Source of the DNA: an archaeon
GTDB taxonomy: Archaea; Micrarchaeota; Micrarchaeia; Norongarragalinales; UBA97
DNA: 28,199 bases
Assembly (NCBI GenBank): GCA_020057405.1
Contig: JAGVFW010000015.1
Coordinates: 1 to 28,199 of the forward strand
Reading direction: 5' to 3'
The notes beneath the pieces were generated by a model. It did not search any database, was not told the DNA's origin, and worked only from the letters and a program-made list of their open reading frames with translations. Position 1 is the stretch's first letter. Every line of letters begins with the position of its first letter. The position numbers and the translations under genes are program-made. Shown here piece by piece: positions 15,494-24,431 of the stretch.

Positions 15494-16657
15494 TTAGTCG
15501 CCCCTTGCAAAGAGATGAACGGCAACTGTCGCGCCGCTTCCGCCCACGTTGTGAGTCATGAAGTTCTTCAAATTGCTGACCTGGCGTTTGCCGGCCTCGC
15601 CGCGAAGCTGCACCGTCGCTTCGACAGCTTGCTTGACGCCGGTCGCCCCGACAGGATGGCCGCAGGCCTTAAGCCCGCCGCTCGGGTTGATCGAAAGTTT
15701 TGAGTTCAGCGCAGTCTCGCCGTTTGCAGAAACCTTGCCGCCGGTGCCCTTCTTGAAGAAGCCCAGGTCCTCAATTGCCATCACTTCGGCAATTGAAAAG
15801 CAATCGTGCACTTCGGCAGCCTGGATGTCTTTTTGTGACAGACCGGCCTGCTTGAGCGCCTTCTCGCCTGCCACTTTGGTTGCTCGGATTTCGGTAAGCG
15901 AACCGCGGTGAGCAAGTGCGAGCGTGTCTGACGCTTGGCTGCTTGCAAGAATGCTGATTGGAAGGTCCGTGTACTTTCGCGCCTTTTCAGTTGCACACAA
16001 TATGACGGCGGAGGCGCCGTCGGTGATTGGAGAGCAGTCAAGGAGCTTTAGCGGGTCGGCGACGTAGCCGGATTTCATCACGTCATCAATTGTAATCGCG
16101 CGCTGGAACTGCGCGTAGGGGTTGTGAACCGCGTTGGCGTGGTTTTTCACCGAGCAAGCTGCCATCTGCTCTTCGGTCGTGCCGTAATCGTGCATGTGGC
16201 GCTTTGCCATCAGCGCGTAGAGTGCCGGAAAAGTGGCGCCCATGAAAAGCTCCCACTCCTGGTCGCCTGCCCCGCCAAGGATGACGCCAGTCTGTTCGGT
16301 AGTCACTTCAGTCATCTTCTCGACGCCACCGACTGCGACAATGTCGTAAGCTCCGCTTGCGATAGCTAGGTAAGCGTTTCGAAGCGCGAGGCCGCCGCTT
16401 GCGCAGGCGGCTTCAACGCGCGTTGAAGGGATTGGGTTCATGCCAAGCTGGTCTGCAATGAGTGCACCCACGTGCTCCTGGCCTGCGAAGAGGCCGGGCG
16501 CCATGCAACCGCCGTAAATCGCCTCGATTTCGCCACCGTCAAGCTTGGCGTCGGCGACTGCCTTTACTGCAGCTTCGGTGACCAAATCGCGCAGGCTCTT
16601 TTCCCAGTGCTCGCCAAACTTCGTCATTCCAGCGCCAATAATGGAAACTTGCCTCAT
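15494..16657 (-). CDS. Acetoacetyl-CoA thiolase (archaeal type)
   Basis: Motifs IIGAGMTKFGE, VEAACASGG (catalytic Cys), DCSPITDGA, EVHDCF and GGLKACGHPVGATG. Confidence 0.95.
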   Translation of the reverse strand: MRQVSIIGAGMTKFGEHWEKSLRDLVTEAAVKAVADAKLDGGEIEAIYGGCMAPGLFAGQEHVGALIADQLGMNPIPSTRVEAACASGGLALRNAYLAIASGAYDIVAVGGVEKMTEVTTEQTGVILGGAGDQEWELFMGATFPALYALMAKRHMHDYGTTEEQMAACSVKNHANAVHNPYAQFQRAITIDDVMKSGYVADPLKLLDCSPITDGASAVILCATEKARKYTDLPISILASSQASDTLALAHRGSLTEIRATKVAGEKALKQAGLSQKDIQAAEVHDCFSIAEVMAIEDLGFFKKGTGGKVSANGETALNSKLSINPSGGLKACGHPVGATGVKQAVEATVQLRGEAGKRQVSNLKNFMTHNVGGSGATVAVHLFARGD

Positions 16658-17046
16658 GGTTTTTTCCTCAATCCGTAAATAATTCCCTTCAGAGCCATCA
16701 CTGGAGGCCGTCCAGTTGACGAAAACACGAAAACAAACTTGTTACCGCTTGACTTTTTCAAAAAAATGTGGTTTTCGGCAGTCACGGGAAAATAAGCGCC
16801 GAGGACATTTGCGAAAACACCAATCGGCCGTACAACCTCGTCAAGCGCGGGGTGAGTAACCAGGTTGCCTACGTCCTCGCCAGTCAGGGCTGAGACTTCC
16901 TTTTCAAAAGTGAATCCACCCGGCTCCCTTTTGGTTAACCGGCCAATAAGTGCATGGCCGGGCTTTATCCTAACGTGCTCCAAAACGCGGGCGTGCTCAG
17001 CCGAGTGCTTCAAAAGTGCGTCGTGAACGGTAAACTGCTTTGCCAT
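16654..17046 (-). CDS. Hypothetical protein (130 aa)
   Basis: Exactly fills the gap between HMG-CoA synthase and thiolase, with an ATGA stop/start overlap onto the thiolase. Confidence 0.75.
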   Translation of the reverse strand: MAKQFTVHDALLKHSAEHARVLEHVRIKPGHALIGRLTKREPGGFTFEKEVSALTGEDVGNLVTHPALDEVVRPIGVFANVLGAYFPVTAENHIFLKKSSGNKFVFVFSSTGRPPVMALKGIIYGLRKKP

Positions 17047-17053
17047 AGACTCA

Positions 17054-18106
17054 TCACAAACTCTTTATCTTGCGCCGGTGTTTTGCGTAAGTCGCGTAGT
17101 CGACATTGACTTTGTCTTTTAGCATCTCGAAGACGCTTTCGGGCTGGCGTCTGCCTTCCTCTTCAATTTTGTCAGTGACAGTAAACCAGAAGGAATCGCT
17201 GCCCGCACCGCTGCCGTAGCTCGTCATCAAAATGCGTTCGCCTGCCTTTGCCACATCAAGGACGCTTGCGAGGCCTACCATCGAGCTTGCGGAATAAGTG
17301 TTGCCAAGAATTGGAGTGATGAGACCCTGCTTGATTTTCTCGTCGGGGACGCCTAGGATCTTCGCGGCCCTGCCGGGAAACTTGCCGTTGGGCTGGTGGA
17401 ATACGACGAAGTCAAAGTCGCCGATTTTCATGCCCGTCTTCTCAAGCAGGCCCCTAGTCGCGCTGACAACGTGCTTGAAGTAGGCGGGCTCTGCGGTAAA
17501 TCGGCCGCCGTGCTCGGGAAATTCCTCGTGTTGCCTGCGCCAGAAGTCGGGAGTGTCTGTCGTAAAGCTGTAAGTGTCTTCGATGACTGCGATGCTCTCG
17601 GCGGGCTTGCCGATGACATAGGCGGCTGCACCTCCGCCTGCGGAATACTCAAGCGCGTCGCCCGGCTTTCCTTGGGCAGTGTCGCTGCCGATTGCGAGAC
17701 CGTATTCAATCATGCCGCTTGCAACCATGCCCATGCACGCCTGGATTGCGGCCGTGCCAGCTTTACAGGCAAACTCTAAGTCAGCTGCAGTCATGTGAAC
17801 GGACGCGCCTACTGCCTGGGCAACGACGGTTGCAGTTGGCTTAACCGCATAGGGCTTGCTCTCGCTTCCGACAAACACCGCGCCGATTTTCTGCGGGTTA
17901 ATCTTGCCGGCCTCGACTGCAACCCGGGCCGCCTCGACTGCGAGGGTGGCGCTGTCCTCGTCAAGGGCTGGAACGCTCTTTTCAATGATGCCAAGGCCGG
18001 AGGAAACGCGCTCGCCATCCTTTCCCCACACTTTGGCAATCTCGCCAACCTTGATGCGCATGCGGGGGACTGAAGTGCCGTAGCCGACTATGCCTGACCT
18101 GTTCAT
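17054..18106 (-). CDS. Hydroxymethylglutaryl-CoA synthase (archaeal type)
   Basis: Motifs [62 protein letters not shown] and SYGSGAGSD. Confidence 0.96.
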   Translation of the reverse strand: MNRSGIVGYGTSVPRMRIKVGEIAKVWGKDGERVSSGLGIIEKSVPALDEDSATLAVEAARVAVEAGKINPQKIGAVFVGSESKPYAVKPTATVVAQAVGASVHMTAADLEFACKAGTAAIQACMGMVASGMIEYGLAIGSDTAQGKPGDALEYSAGGGAAAYVIGKPAESIAVIEDTYSFTTDTPDFWRRQHEEFPEHGGRFTAEPAYFKHVVSATRGLLEKTGMKIGDFDFVVFHQPNGKFPGRAAKILGVPDEKIKQGLITPILGNTYSASSMVGLASVLDVAKAGERILMTSYGSGAGSDSFWFTVTDKIEEEGRRQPESVFEMLKDKVNVDYATYAKHRRKIKSL

Positions 18107-18151
18107 CGCAAAGTCTTTTTGAACACCGCAATTTAAAAGCACGGCAGGAGA

Positions 18152-18190
18152 CTAACCCGATTTCGTTAGACAACGAAGTAGGCGGGTTGG
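18152..18190. promoter_or_regulatory. Imperfect 39-nt inverted repeat between the divergent mevalonate operons
   Basis: CTAACCCG-ATTTCGTT-AGAC-AACGAAGT-AGG-CGGGTTGG, with a perfect core TTCGTT-N4-AACGAA. Confidence 0.45.
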
Positions 18191-18243
18191 GGGAAAGGCC
18201 ATAAAAGCCCGCAAGCGCCTTCAAGCTATCAGGTGCATCGCTA

Positions 18244-19530
18244 ATGGTTGACTTTACCGGATTCTACAAAAAAAACGTTTCCGAACGAGTCGCGATAGTC
18301 AAGGAATTCGCGGGCCTCACGGACGAGGAAGCGGCGCTTTTACTCAAGGAAGGCGCACTTGAACTGGCAACCGCCGACAGGATGATTGAAAGCGTTGCCG
18401 GCACCATGCCACTGCCCTTAGGCTTTGCGACAAACTTCCAAATCAACGGCAAGGAATACTTAGTGCCGATGGCGGTCGAGGAGGCAAGCGTGGTAGCCGC
18501 CGCAAGCTACGCCGCAAAGCTTGCAAAAGCCGCGGGCGGCTTTTCTGCCGATGCGGATGAGCCAATCATGATTGGCCAAGTGCAGTTGGTTGGAGTCAAG
18601 GACGCTGACGCTTCGGCAAAGGCCGTGCTTTTCCAAAAAGACGCGCTTATCAAGTACGCTAATGAAGTTGACCCTGCAGTGCTAGTCAAGTACGGCGGGG
18701 GGTTGCGCAACATTGAAGCCCGGCCGCTTCAAACCAAGCGCGGCCCTATGCTCGTCATTCACTTGCTTGTCGACTGCCGCGATGCAATGGGTGCAAACGC
18801 GGTGAATACTCTTTGCGAAACGCTTGCGCCGAAGCTAGAAGAGCTAAGCGGCGGAAAAGCGCGGCTCAAAATCATCACCAATCTGGCAGTCTATCGAAAA
18901 GTCCGCGCCCGCGCGGTCTGGAAGAAAGAAGACCTCGAGGAGAGCACGAAAGGAACGATAAAGGGCGCAGATGTCGTCGAGAGCATCCTTGACGCTTTCG
19001 CTTTTGCAGACGCAGACGAATACCGCTGCACGACGCACAACAAGGGCATCATGAATGGCATTGACGCGGTCGTCATCGCAACAGGCAACGACTGGCGGGC
19101 AATCGAGGCAGGCGCGCACTCTTTCGCAGCCATCGGCGGGCGCTACAAGCCCCTCACGCGCTACTCGAAAAACGCAAACGGCGATCTCGTCGGCGAGATT
19201 GAACTGCCTTGTGCGGTTGGTCTTATCGGAGGCGCAACCAAGACGCATCCCGTTGCAAAAATTGCGGTAAAAGTTCTTGGCGTAAAGAGCGCGGCTGAGC
19301 TCTCGCAAGTGATTGCAAGCGTCGGGCTTGCACAAAACTTTGCCGCAATGCGGGCGCTTGCGACTGAAGGAATCCAGAAAGGACATCTTAGATTACATTC
19401 GAAGAACATCGCAATAATGGCAGGCGCAGTAGGGGCCGAAATCGAGGCCATTGCGCTAAAGATGGCAAACGAAGGGAAAGTGCGCGTCGACTACGCCAAG
19501 CAATTGCTTGAGGAACTGCGAAAGAAATGA
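18244..19530 (+). CDS. mvaA: HMG-CoA reductase, class II
   Basis: Motifs VPMAVEEASVVAAAS, DAMGANAVNT, THNKGIMNGIDAVVIATGNDWRAIEAGAH and GLAQNFAAMRALATEGIQKGH. Confidence 0.95.
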   Translation: MVDFTGFYKKNVSERVAIVKEFAGLTDEEAALLLKEGALELATADRMIESVAGTMPLPLGFATNFQINGKEYLVPMAVEEASVVAAASYAAKLAKAAGGFSADADEPIMIGQVQLVGVKDADASAKAVLFQKDALIKYANEVDPAVLVKYGGGLRNIEARPLQTKRGPMLVIHLLVDCRDAMGANAVNTLCETLAPKLEELSGGKARLKIITNLAVYRKVRARAVWKKEDLEESTKGTIKGADVVESILDAFAFADADEYRCTTHNKGIMNGIDAVVIATGNDWRAIEAGAHSFAAIGGRYKPLTRYSKNANGDLVGEIELPCAVGLIGGATKTHPVAKIAVKVLGVKSAAELSQVIASVGLAQNFAAMRALATEGIQKGHLRLHSKNIAIMAGAVGAEIEAIALKMANEGKVRVDYAKQLLEELRKK

Positions 19531-20621
19531 AGCTCATTGCGCGCGCAAGCGCGCCCGTTAAAGTAATTCTTAGCGGCGAGCACGGCGTCGTGCACGGCAC
19601 TCCCGCAATCACACTCACTCTTGAGCCTCTCAACGTTGTCGAGCTGTTTGAGGAAGATGGCGTACCGGCACTTGTTGTTGAAAGCAAGTTGGGCCGTTTC
19701 ACACTTGGAGCAAACGGCGAGATAATCGAGGGCGAGAACGGCCACTACGAGCGCTCACTTGCGGCAATGGTACGGCACATGATGGAAAGCCACGGTTTTA
19801 CGCCGAAAAAGCGACTTGTTGCAAAAATCAAGATTACGGGGGCGCCAAAGGGAATGGGCTCAAGCTCCAGTATCGCGGCTGCCCTAGCTTCGACGCTCTT
19901 TCACGCCATGGGCAAAAAACCAAAGCGCGGCAAGATGCCGGAGCAAGACGAATTGTGGCTTGCTGTTCAGTCCTGCGACGAGGTCGCACACGGGGGCAGG
20001 CCAAGCGGAATTGACGCGTATAGCGTGTGCTACGGCCCCACCAAGCTCCAGAAGCTAATTGTTGGCGACCGGTCAACGTGGAAGTTTGAGGAAAAAAACG
20101 CGCAACTGCCTGCGGGCACAAAACTAGTCGTCGTGGACACGTTTAAGGGCGAGCGCGCTGCGACGGGCGACATGATACGGACTTTTGCGAAAGCCAATGG
20201 CTTGCTAAACCGCAAGGGCGACGTCAAGGCGCTCCTAGACCTTGACGCGCAAGACAAGAAAAAACTCGCGCGGTTCGAAAAAGCGTTTGACGAGGTACTC
20301 AAGCACTTAAACAAAAAAGGCGACGCGCGAGCCCTTGGACAAGCGATGAAGGAAAACCACTTGCTGCTCTCGCAGTCGGGAGTGAGCACCAAGGAAATTG
20401 ATGAAGTGATGGCGATTTCTGAAAAGACCGGCGCGTATGGCGCGAAACTCACTGGCGCGGGAGGCAAGGGCGGAGCGGTAATCATCCTTGCGCCCGAAAA
20501 AGACGAGCAATTGCTCAAAGCACTTAAAAGCGCGGGCTACGAAGTCTTCTCCGCAAGGCCGTCGGCCCGCGGAGCAAAGCTGGAGCACGCTGGAATCATC
20601 GCAGAGAGGCACTCGAAATGA
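19527..20621 (+). CDS. mvk: Mevalonate kinase (GHMP)
   Basis: Motifs APVKVILSGEHGVVHG, GMGSSSS, AHGGRPSGID and AKLTGAGG. Confidence 0.9.
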   Translation: MKLIARASAPVKVILSGEHGVVHGTPAITLTLEPLNVVELFEEDGVPALVVESKLGRFTLGANGEIIEGENGHYERSLAAMVRHMMESHGFTPKKRLVAKIKITGAPKGMGSSSSIAAALASTLFHAMGKKPKRGKMPEQDELWLAVQSCDEVAHGGRPSGIDAYSVCYGPTKLQKLIVGDRSTWKFEEKNAQLPAGTKLVVVDTFKGERAATGDMIRTFAKANGLLNRKGDVKALLDLDAQDKKKLARFEKAFDEVLKHLNKKGDARALGQAMKENHLLLSQSGVSTKEIDEVMAISEKTGAYGAKLTGAGGKGGAVIILAPEKDEQLLKALKSAGYEVFSARPSARGAKLEHAGIIAERHSK

Positions 20622-21667
20622 AAATGCACGCAACTTGGGAAACGTCCCCGAACAATGCGCTCATCAAATACTGGGGAAAGCGCGATGAGATGCTTTTCCT
20701 CCCGACTAACGGCAGCGTGAGCGTGTGCATGGACGACTCATTAACGACGCGGACGACCGTAGTCTTTTCAGACGATTTCACAACCGACGAGCTGTGGCTT
20801 GACGGCACCAAAGTCGGCGAAAAAGAGGCGGCGGAGTTAAGCCGCGTGCTTGACTTGCTGCGCGCAAAAGCAAAGACGCGCACCCGCGCCAAAGTTGCAT
20901 CCGAAAACAACTTCCCGACTGCTGCAGGTTTCGCCTCATCCGCAAGCGGCCTGGCGGCACTCACGCTCGCATCCGCCGACGCCCTAGGGCTCAAGCTTAA
21001 AACGCGCGAGCTAAGCATCATCGCGCGCCAGGGCAGCGGAAGCGCAAGCCGGTCGGTCTTTGGGGGATTTGTCGAATGGAAGCGCGGAGTGCAAAAAAGC
21101 GGCATCGACAGCTTTGCAATGCAGGTTGCGCCCCCGGAACACTGGCCGCAATTCAAGTGCGTCATCGCGATTGTCGAGCGCGAGAAGAAGGCAGTTTCAA
21201 GCCGCGCGGGAATGAGGCAGACGCTGCAGACGAGCTCGCTCTTCCAGGAACGCTTGCGGGGAATGGAAGCGAAGATAGAGGAATGCAAGCGGTTCATCCT
21301 CGAGCGCAATGCACCCGCGCTTTTCGAGCTCGTGATGCGCGACGCGATGAGCATGCACGCCTGCATGATGGACACTTACCCGCCAATCATCTACTTAAAC
21401 GACGCGAGCCGGCGCGTGATTGCCGCAGTGCATAAGCACAACGAAGCGGCCGGTGCAATCGAGTGCGGGTACACTTTTGACGCGGGCCCCAATGCCCACG
21501 TTTACTGCCTTGAAAAAAACGTTGCAAGCGTCAGAAAAATGCTTGAATCCGTGCAGGGCGTGCAAGAGACTATGGTAAGCAGCGTCGGGAGCGGGCCACG
21601 AAAGTCTGCGGCGCACTTGCTTGACGAGAAGGGCAACCCGACTAAAATCTTTGGCAAGATAAAATGA
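20618..21667 (+). CDS. mvaD: Diphosphomevalonate decarboxylase
   Basis: Motifs NALIKYWGKRD, NNFPTAAGFASSASG, ARQGSGSASRSVFGGF and YTFDAGPNAH. The adjacent PMK supports a diphosphate substrate. Confidence 0.93.
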   Translation: MKMHATWETSPNNALIKYWGKRDEMLFLPTNGSVSVCMDDSLTTRTTVVFSDDFTTDELWLDGTKVGEKEAAELSRVLDLLRAKAKTRTRAKVASENNFPTAAGFASSASGLAALTLASADALGLKLKTRELSIIARQGSGSASRSVFGGFVEWKRGVQKSGIDSFAMQVAPPEHWPQFKCVIAIVEREKKAVSSRAGMRQTLQTSSLFQERLRGMEAKIEECKRFILERNAPALFELVMRDAMSMHACMMDTYPPIIYLNDASRRVIAAVHKHNEAAGAIECGYTFDAGPNAHVYCLEKNVASVRKMLESVQGVQETMVSSVGSGPRKSAAHLLDEKGNPTKIFGKIK

Positions 21668-22818
21668 AGGCGACGGCAAGCGCGCCGGGCAAAATCTTGT
21701 GGCTCGGCGGCTATTCAGTACTGGAAAAAGGCAAGCTCGCCTATGTCACTTCAGTCGGGCCCCGCTGCTACGCGACAGTCGAACCGGCTGCAACCGAGCC
21801 AGTAGTCATTAGCGCGCCACAGCTAAACTCAACTACGGAGTACTGGCTGCACGACGGGAAGCTCAAGCATGCTAGCCACACGCCTGAGGCCGCGGTTCAG
21901 TCAACAAAATTCGTCGGCAACGCCGCGAGTGCGGCAATGTCTTACCTCGCCGCAAAGGGCTACAAGCTGCACGCGGGTTTGCGGATTGAGACGCGAAGCG
22001 ATGGTGCGTTTGCCTCTGGCGCTGGGAAAAGCGGGCTTGGGGCAAGCGCGGCGATGACGGTTGCAACAGTCGCCGCGGTTATTGGCGCCCACGAAGTAGT
22101 GGTTGAAGAAACGACGATACACAACATCGCCCAGTACGCCCACTCGGCGGCGCAGGGAAAAATCGGAAGCGGATTTGATGTTGCCGCAGCGGCTTTCGGC
22201 AGCTGCATCTACTCGCGCTACTCGCCCGAAACTATCGAGAAGGCGACGCCGGCGGACTTTGACCGCAAGTGGAACTACACTGTCGAGAAACTCGAGCTCC
22301 CAAAAATTCTGGTGCCGGCTTTTGCAAACATCGCTGGCGAAAGCACGAGCACGACTGAAATGGTGCGAAAAGTCAAGGCGTGGCAGGCGGCCAACGACGG
22401 CGACTACCGCACGATTATCGCGCGGCTTGACAGTGTGAATCGCAAGGCCATCGAAACGCTCAAGAAAATCGCAGACAACCAGCCGTTGTTTGAGGAATTC
22501 AAGCGGCACTTCGGGGAGAGCAGGGCGATTACGCGCGAGCTTGGCGAACTTGCAGGCGCACAAATAGAGCCGCTGGCCCTCGGCCGAGCACTTGACGCCA
22601 GTGAAGCAAACGGCGCGCTTTGCGCCAAGCTTCCAGGCGCGGGCGGTGGCGATGCAATTGCAGCCATTTGCATGGGCGCGGCCAACAAGGAAAAGCTCAC
22701 TGGCTTCTGGCGCCAGTATACCGGAAAAAAACTCGAACCGATTGAAGTTGGCGGGACCAAGGGCGGCGTGCGGCTCGAGCCGGCAACTCAGGCGGGATTA
22801 AAAACTCAAGGCAGGTAA
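21664..22818 (+). CDS. Phosphomevalonate kinase (ERG8/Sulfolobales-type GHMP kinase)
   Basis: Motifs SAPGKILWLGGYSVLE, KSGLGASAA, AHSAAQGKIGSGFDVAAAAFGS.IY.RY and PGAGGGDAI. Confidence 0.9.
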   Translation: MKATASAPGKILWLGGYSVLEKGKLAYVTSVGPRCYATVEPAATEPVVISAPQLNSTTEYWLHDGKLKHASHTPEAAVQSTKFVGNAASAAMSYLAAKGYKLHAGLRIETRSDGAFASGAGKSGLGASAAMTVATVAAVIGAHEVVVEETTIHNIAQYAHSAAQGKIGSGFDVAAAAFGSCIYSRYSPETIEKATPADFDRKWNYTVEKLELPKILVPAFANIAGESTSTTEMVRKVKAWQAANDGDYRTIIARLDSVNRKAIETLKKIADNQPLFEEFKRHFGESRAITRELGELAGAQIEPLALGRALDASEANGALCAKLPGAGGGDAIAAICMGAANKEKLTGFWRQYTGKKLEPIEVGGTKGGVRLEPATQAGLKTQGR

Positions 22819-22826
22819 TTTGTTCC

Positions 22827-23873
22827 ATGGCAAAAGCAAGAAATGCAAGCGACTCGCCCGGGGGCGGCATCGAGCGGCGAAAGCTCGAGCACGTCGAGAT
22901 TGTGTTAAACAAGCAAGTCGAGGCGCGGGAAAAGACAACCGGCTTTGAGCTAATGGAATTCGAGCACTGCGCTCTCCCCGAAATAGATTTTGACGCAATT
23001 GATTTGTCAACTGAATTTCTTGGCCACAAGCTGCAAGCGCCACTCATGGTCACGGGCATGACGGGCGGCTACGGGGCAGCTGAAGAAATTAACTGCGACA
23101 TTGCAGCTGCCGCTGACAAGGAAGGAATTGCTTTTGGCGTAGGCAGCATGCGCGCGATTTTCGAGCAACCCCAGCTCGCGGGCACTTACAAAGTGCGGAA
23201 GGTCGCGAAAAACGTCTTTCTTGCCGGCAACATTGGCGGCTTCCAGCTAAAGCACTTCACAACCGACAGGATTAACCGCGTGCTATCGGATGTCGGCTGC
23301 GACGCGCTCTGCGTGCACCTCAATCCCATGCACGAGGCAGTGCAGAAGGAAGGCGACCTCGACTGGACGGGCGTCCTTGACGCAATACGCGCGCTTTGCA
23401 GGGATTCGAAAGTGCCAATTATAGCAAAGGAAGTCGGCAGCGGCATCAGCGGCACCCTTGCCAGGCAACTGCAGTCAGTTGGAGTAAAGGCAATTGATGT
23501 TAGCGGCGCTGGGGGAACCAGCTGGTCGGGCGGAGTTGAGAGCTACCGCGGCGGCAGGCCGCAAGCACAGCTGTTCTGGGACTGGGGCATCCCGACCGCA
23601 ATTGCAGTGCGCGACGTCTCGACCGCAGTGCGCGTGCCCGTGATTGCAAGCGGGGGCGTGCGAAACGGGCTTGAATCGGCGAAAGCCATTCGCCTTGGAG
23701 CGACTCTTGCAGGCGCGGCATCACCCTTCCTAAAGGCGCAAGCCAAGGGCGGAGAGAAAGCCGTTCGCGAGACAATAAGCCGCTGGAAGCGCGAACTTAG
23801 GATGGCGTGCTTCGGCACCGGCTCAAAGGACCTGGCGGCACTAAGGAAGGCAAGACTGTACAAGTCGATTTAA
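22827..23873 (+). CDS. fni: Type 2 isopentenyl-diphosphate isomerase (FMN-dependent)
   Basis: Motifs RRKLEHV, MTGG, GVGSMR, HLNPMHEAVQKEGD, KEVGSG, GAGGTSW, DWGIPT and ASGGVRNG. Confidence 0.95.
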   Translation: MAKARNASDSPGGGIERRKLEHVEIVLNKQVEAREKTTGFELMEFEHCALPEIDFDAIDLSTEFLGHKLQAPLMVTGMTGGYGAAEEINCDIAAAADKEGIAFGVGSMRAIFEQPQLAGTYKVRKVAKNVFLAGNIGGFQLKHFTTDRINRVLSDVGCDALCVHLNPMHEAVQKEGDLDWTGVLDAIRALCRDSKVPIIAKEVGSGISGTLARQLQSVGVKAIDVSGAGGTSWSGGVESYRGGRPQAQLFWDWGIPTAIAVRDVSTAVRVPVIASGGVRNGLESAKAIRLGATLAGAASPFLKAQAKGGEKAVRETISRWKRELRMACFGTGSKDLAALRKARLYKSI

Positions 23874-23874
23874 A

Positions 23875-24390
23875 ATGCCAGAGCACGTTCCCGGAATAAG
23901 GCTCGCCTACAGCCGGCGAGAAAAGACTAGGGAAATTCTTCACCACAGTTATGGAATTAATTTTGGGTTTTTCGATAAGCCGCACTTCACCCACCCGGAA
24001 TTAACAAACGCGCTTACTAAACTCGCGAAAGGCCGGGGACTCGTCGAGTTGACTGCGTTCCACGGTACCAAAACCATTTCAATTGACATGAACCCCTACC
24101 CTACGGAACAACACCGCGAAGCGCTCAAGCAGAATGGCATTGCCTCGGCAATAGAATATATCGTGCTCAAGCATTTTTCTACCAAAGTCGACAAGAATTA
24201 CACAATAACTCACAGCACTACTGGCGACCGCCCAGACCACCAACTCCCAAAAACTGGGAGATACGGGGGAATGACGGTTAGGGAAGAGCTTGCAGCCTTG
24301 GAAAGCTACCTGCGAAACAAGGGATTGCTAAAGTACATCAAGAGCACCCGGATAGCACTAGACGACCTATTCGACTTCAACCGCGATTAA
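23875..24390 (+). CDS. Hypothetical protein (171 aa); possibly degenerate GNAT-like
   Basis: Starts 1 nt after the fni stop and fills the gap before gltX. LKQNGIASAIE weakly resembles GNAT motif A. Confidence 0.75.
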   Translation: MPEHVPGIRLAYSRREKTREILHHSYGINFGFFDKPHFTHPELTNALTKLAKGRGLVELTAFHGTKTISIDMNPYPTEQHREALKQNGIASAIEYIVLKHFSTKVDKNYTITHSTTGDRPDHQLPKTGRYGGMTVREELAALESYLRNKGLLKYIKSTRIALDDLFDFNRD

Positions 24391-24431
24391 GGCGGTTTAT
24401 TAATTTCTTTGCCTTCCCCACTAATTCTGCA

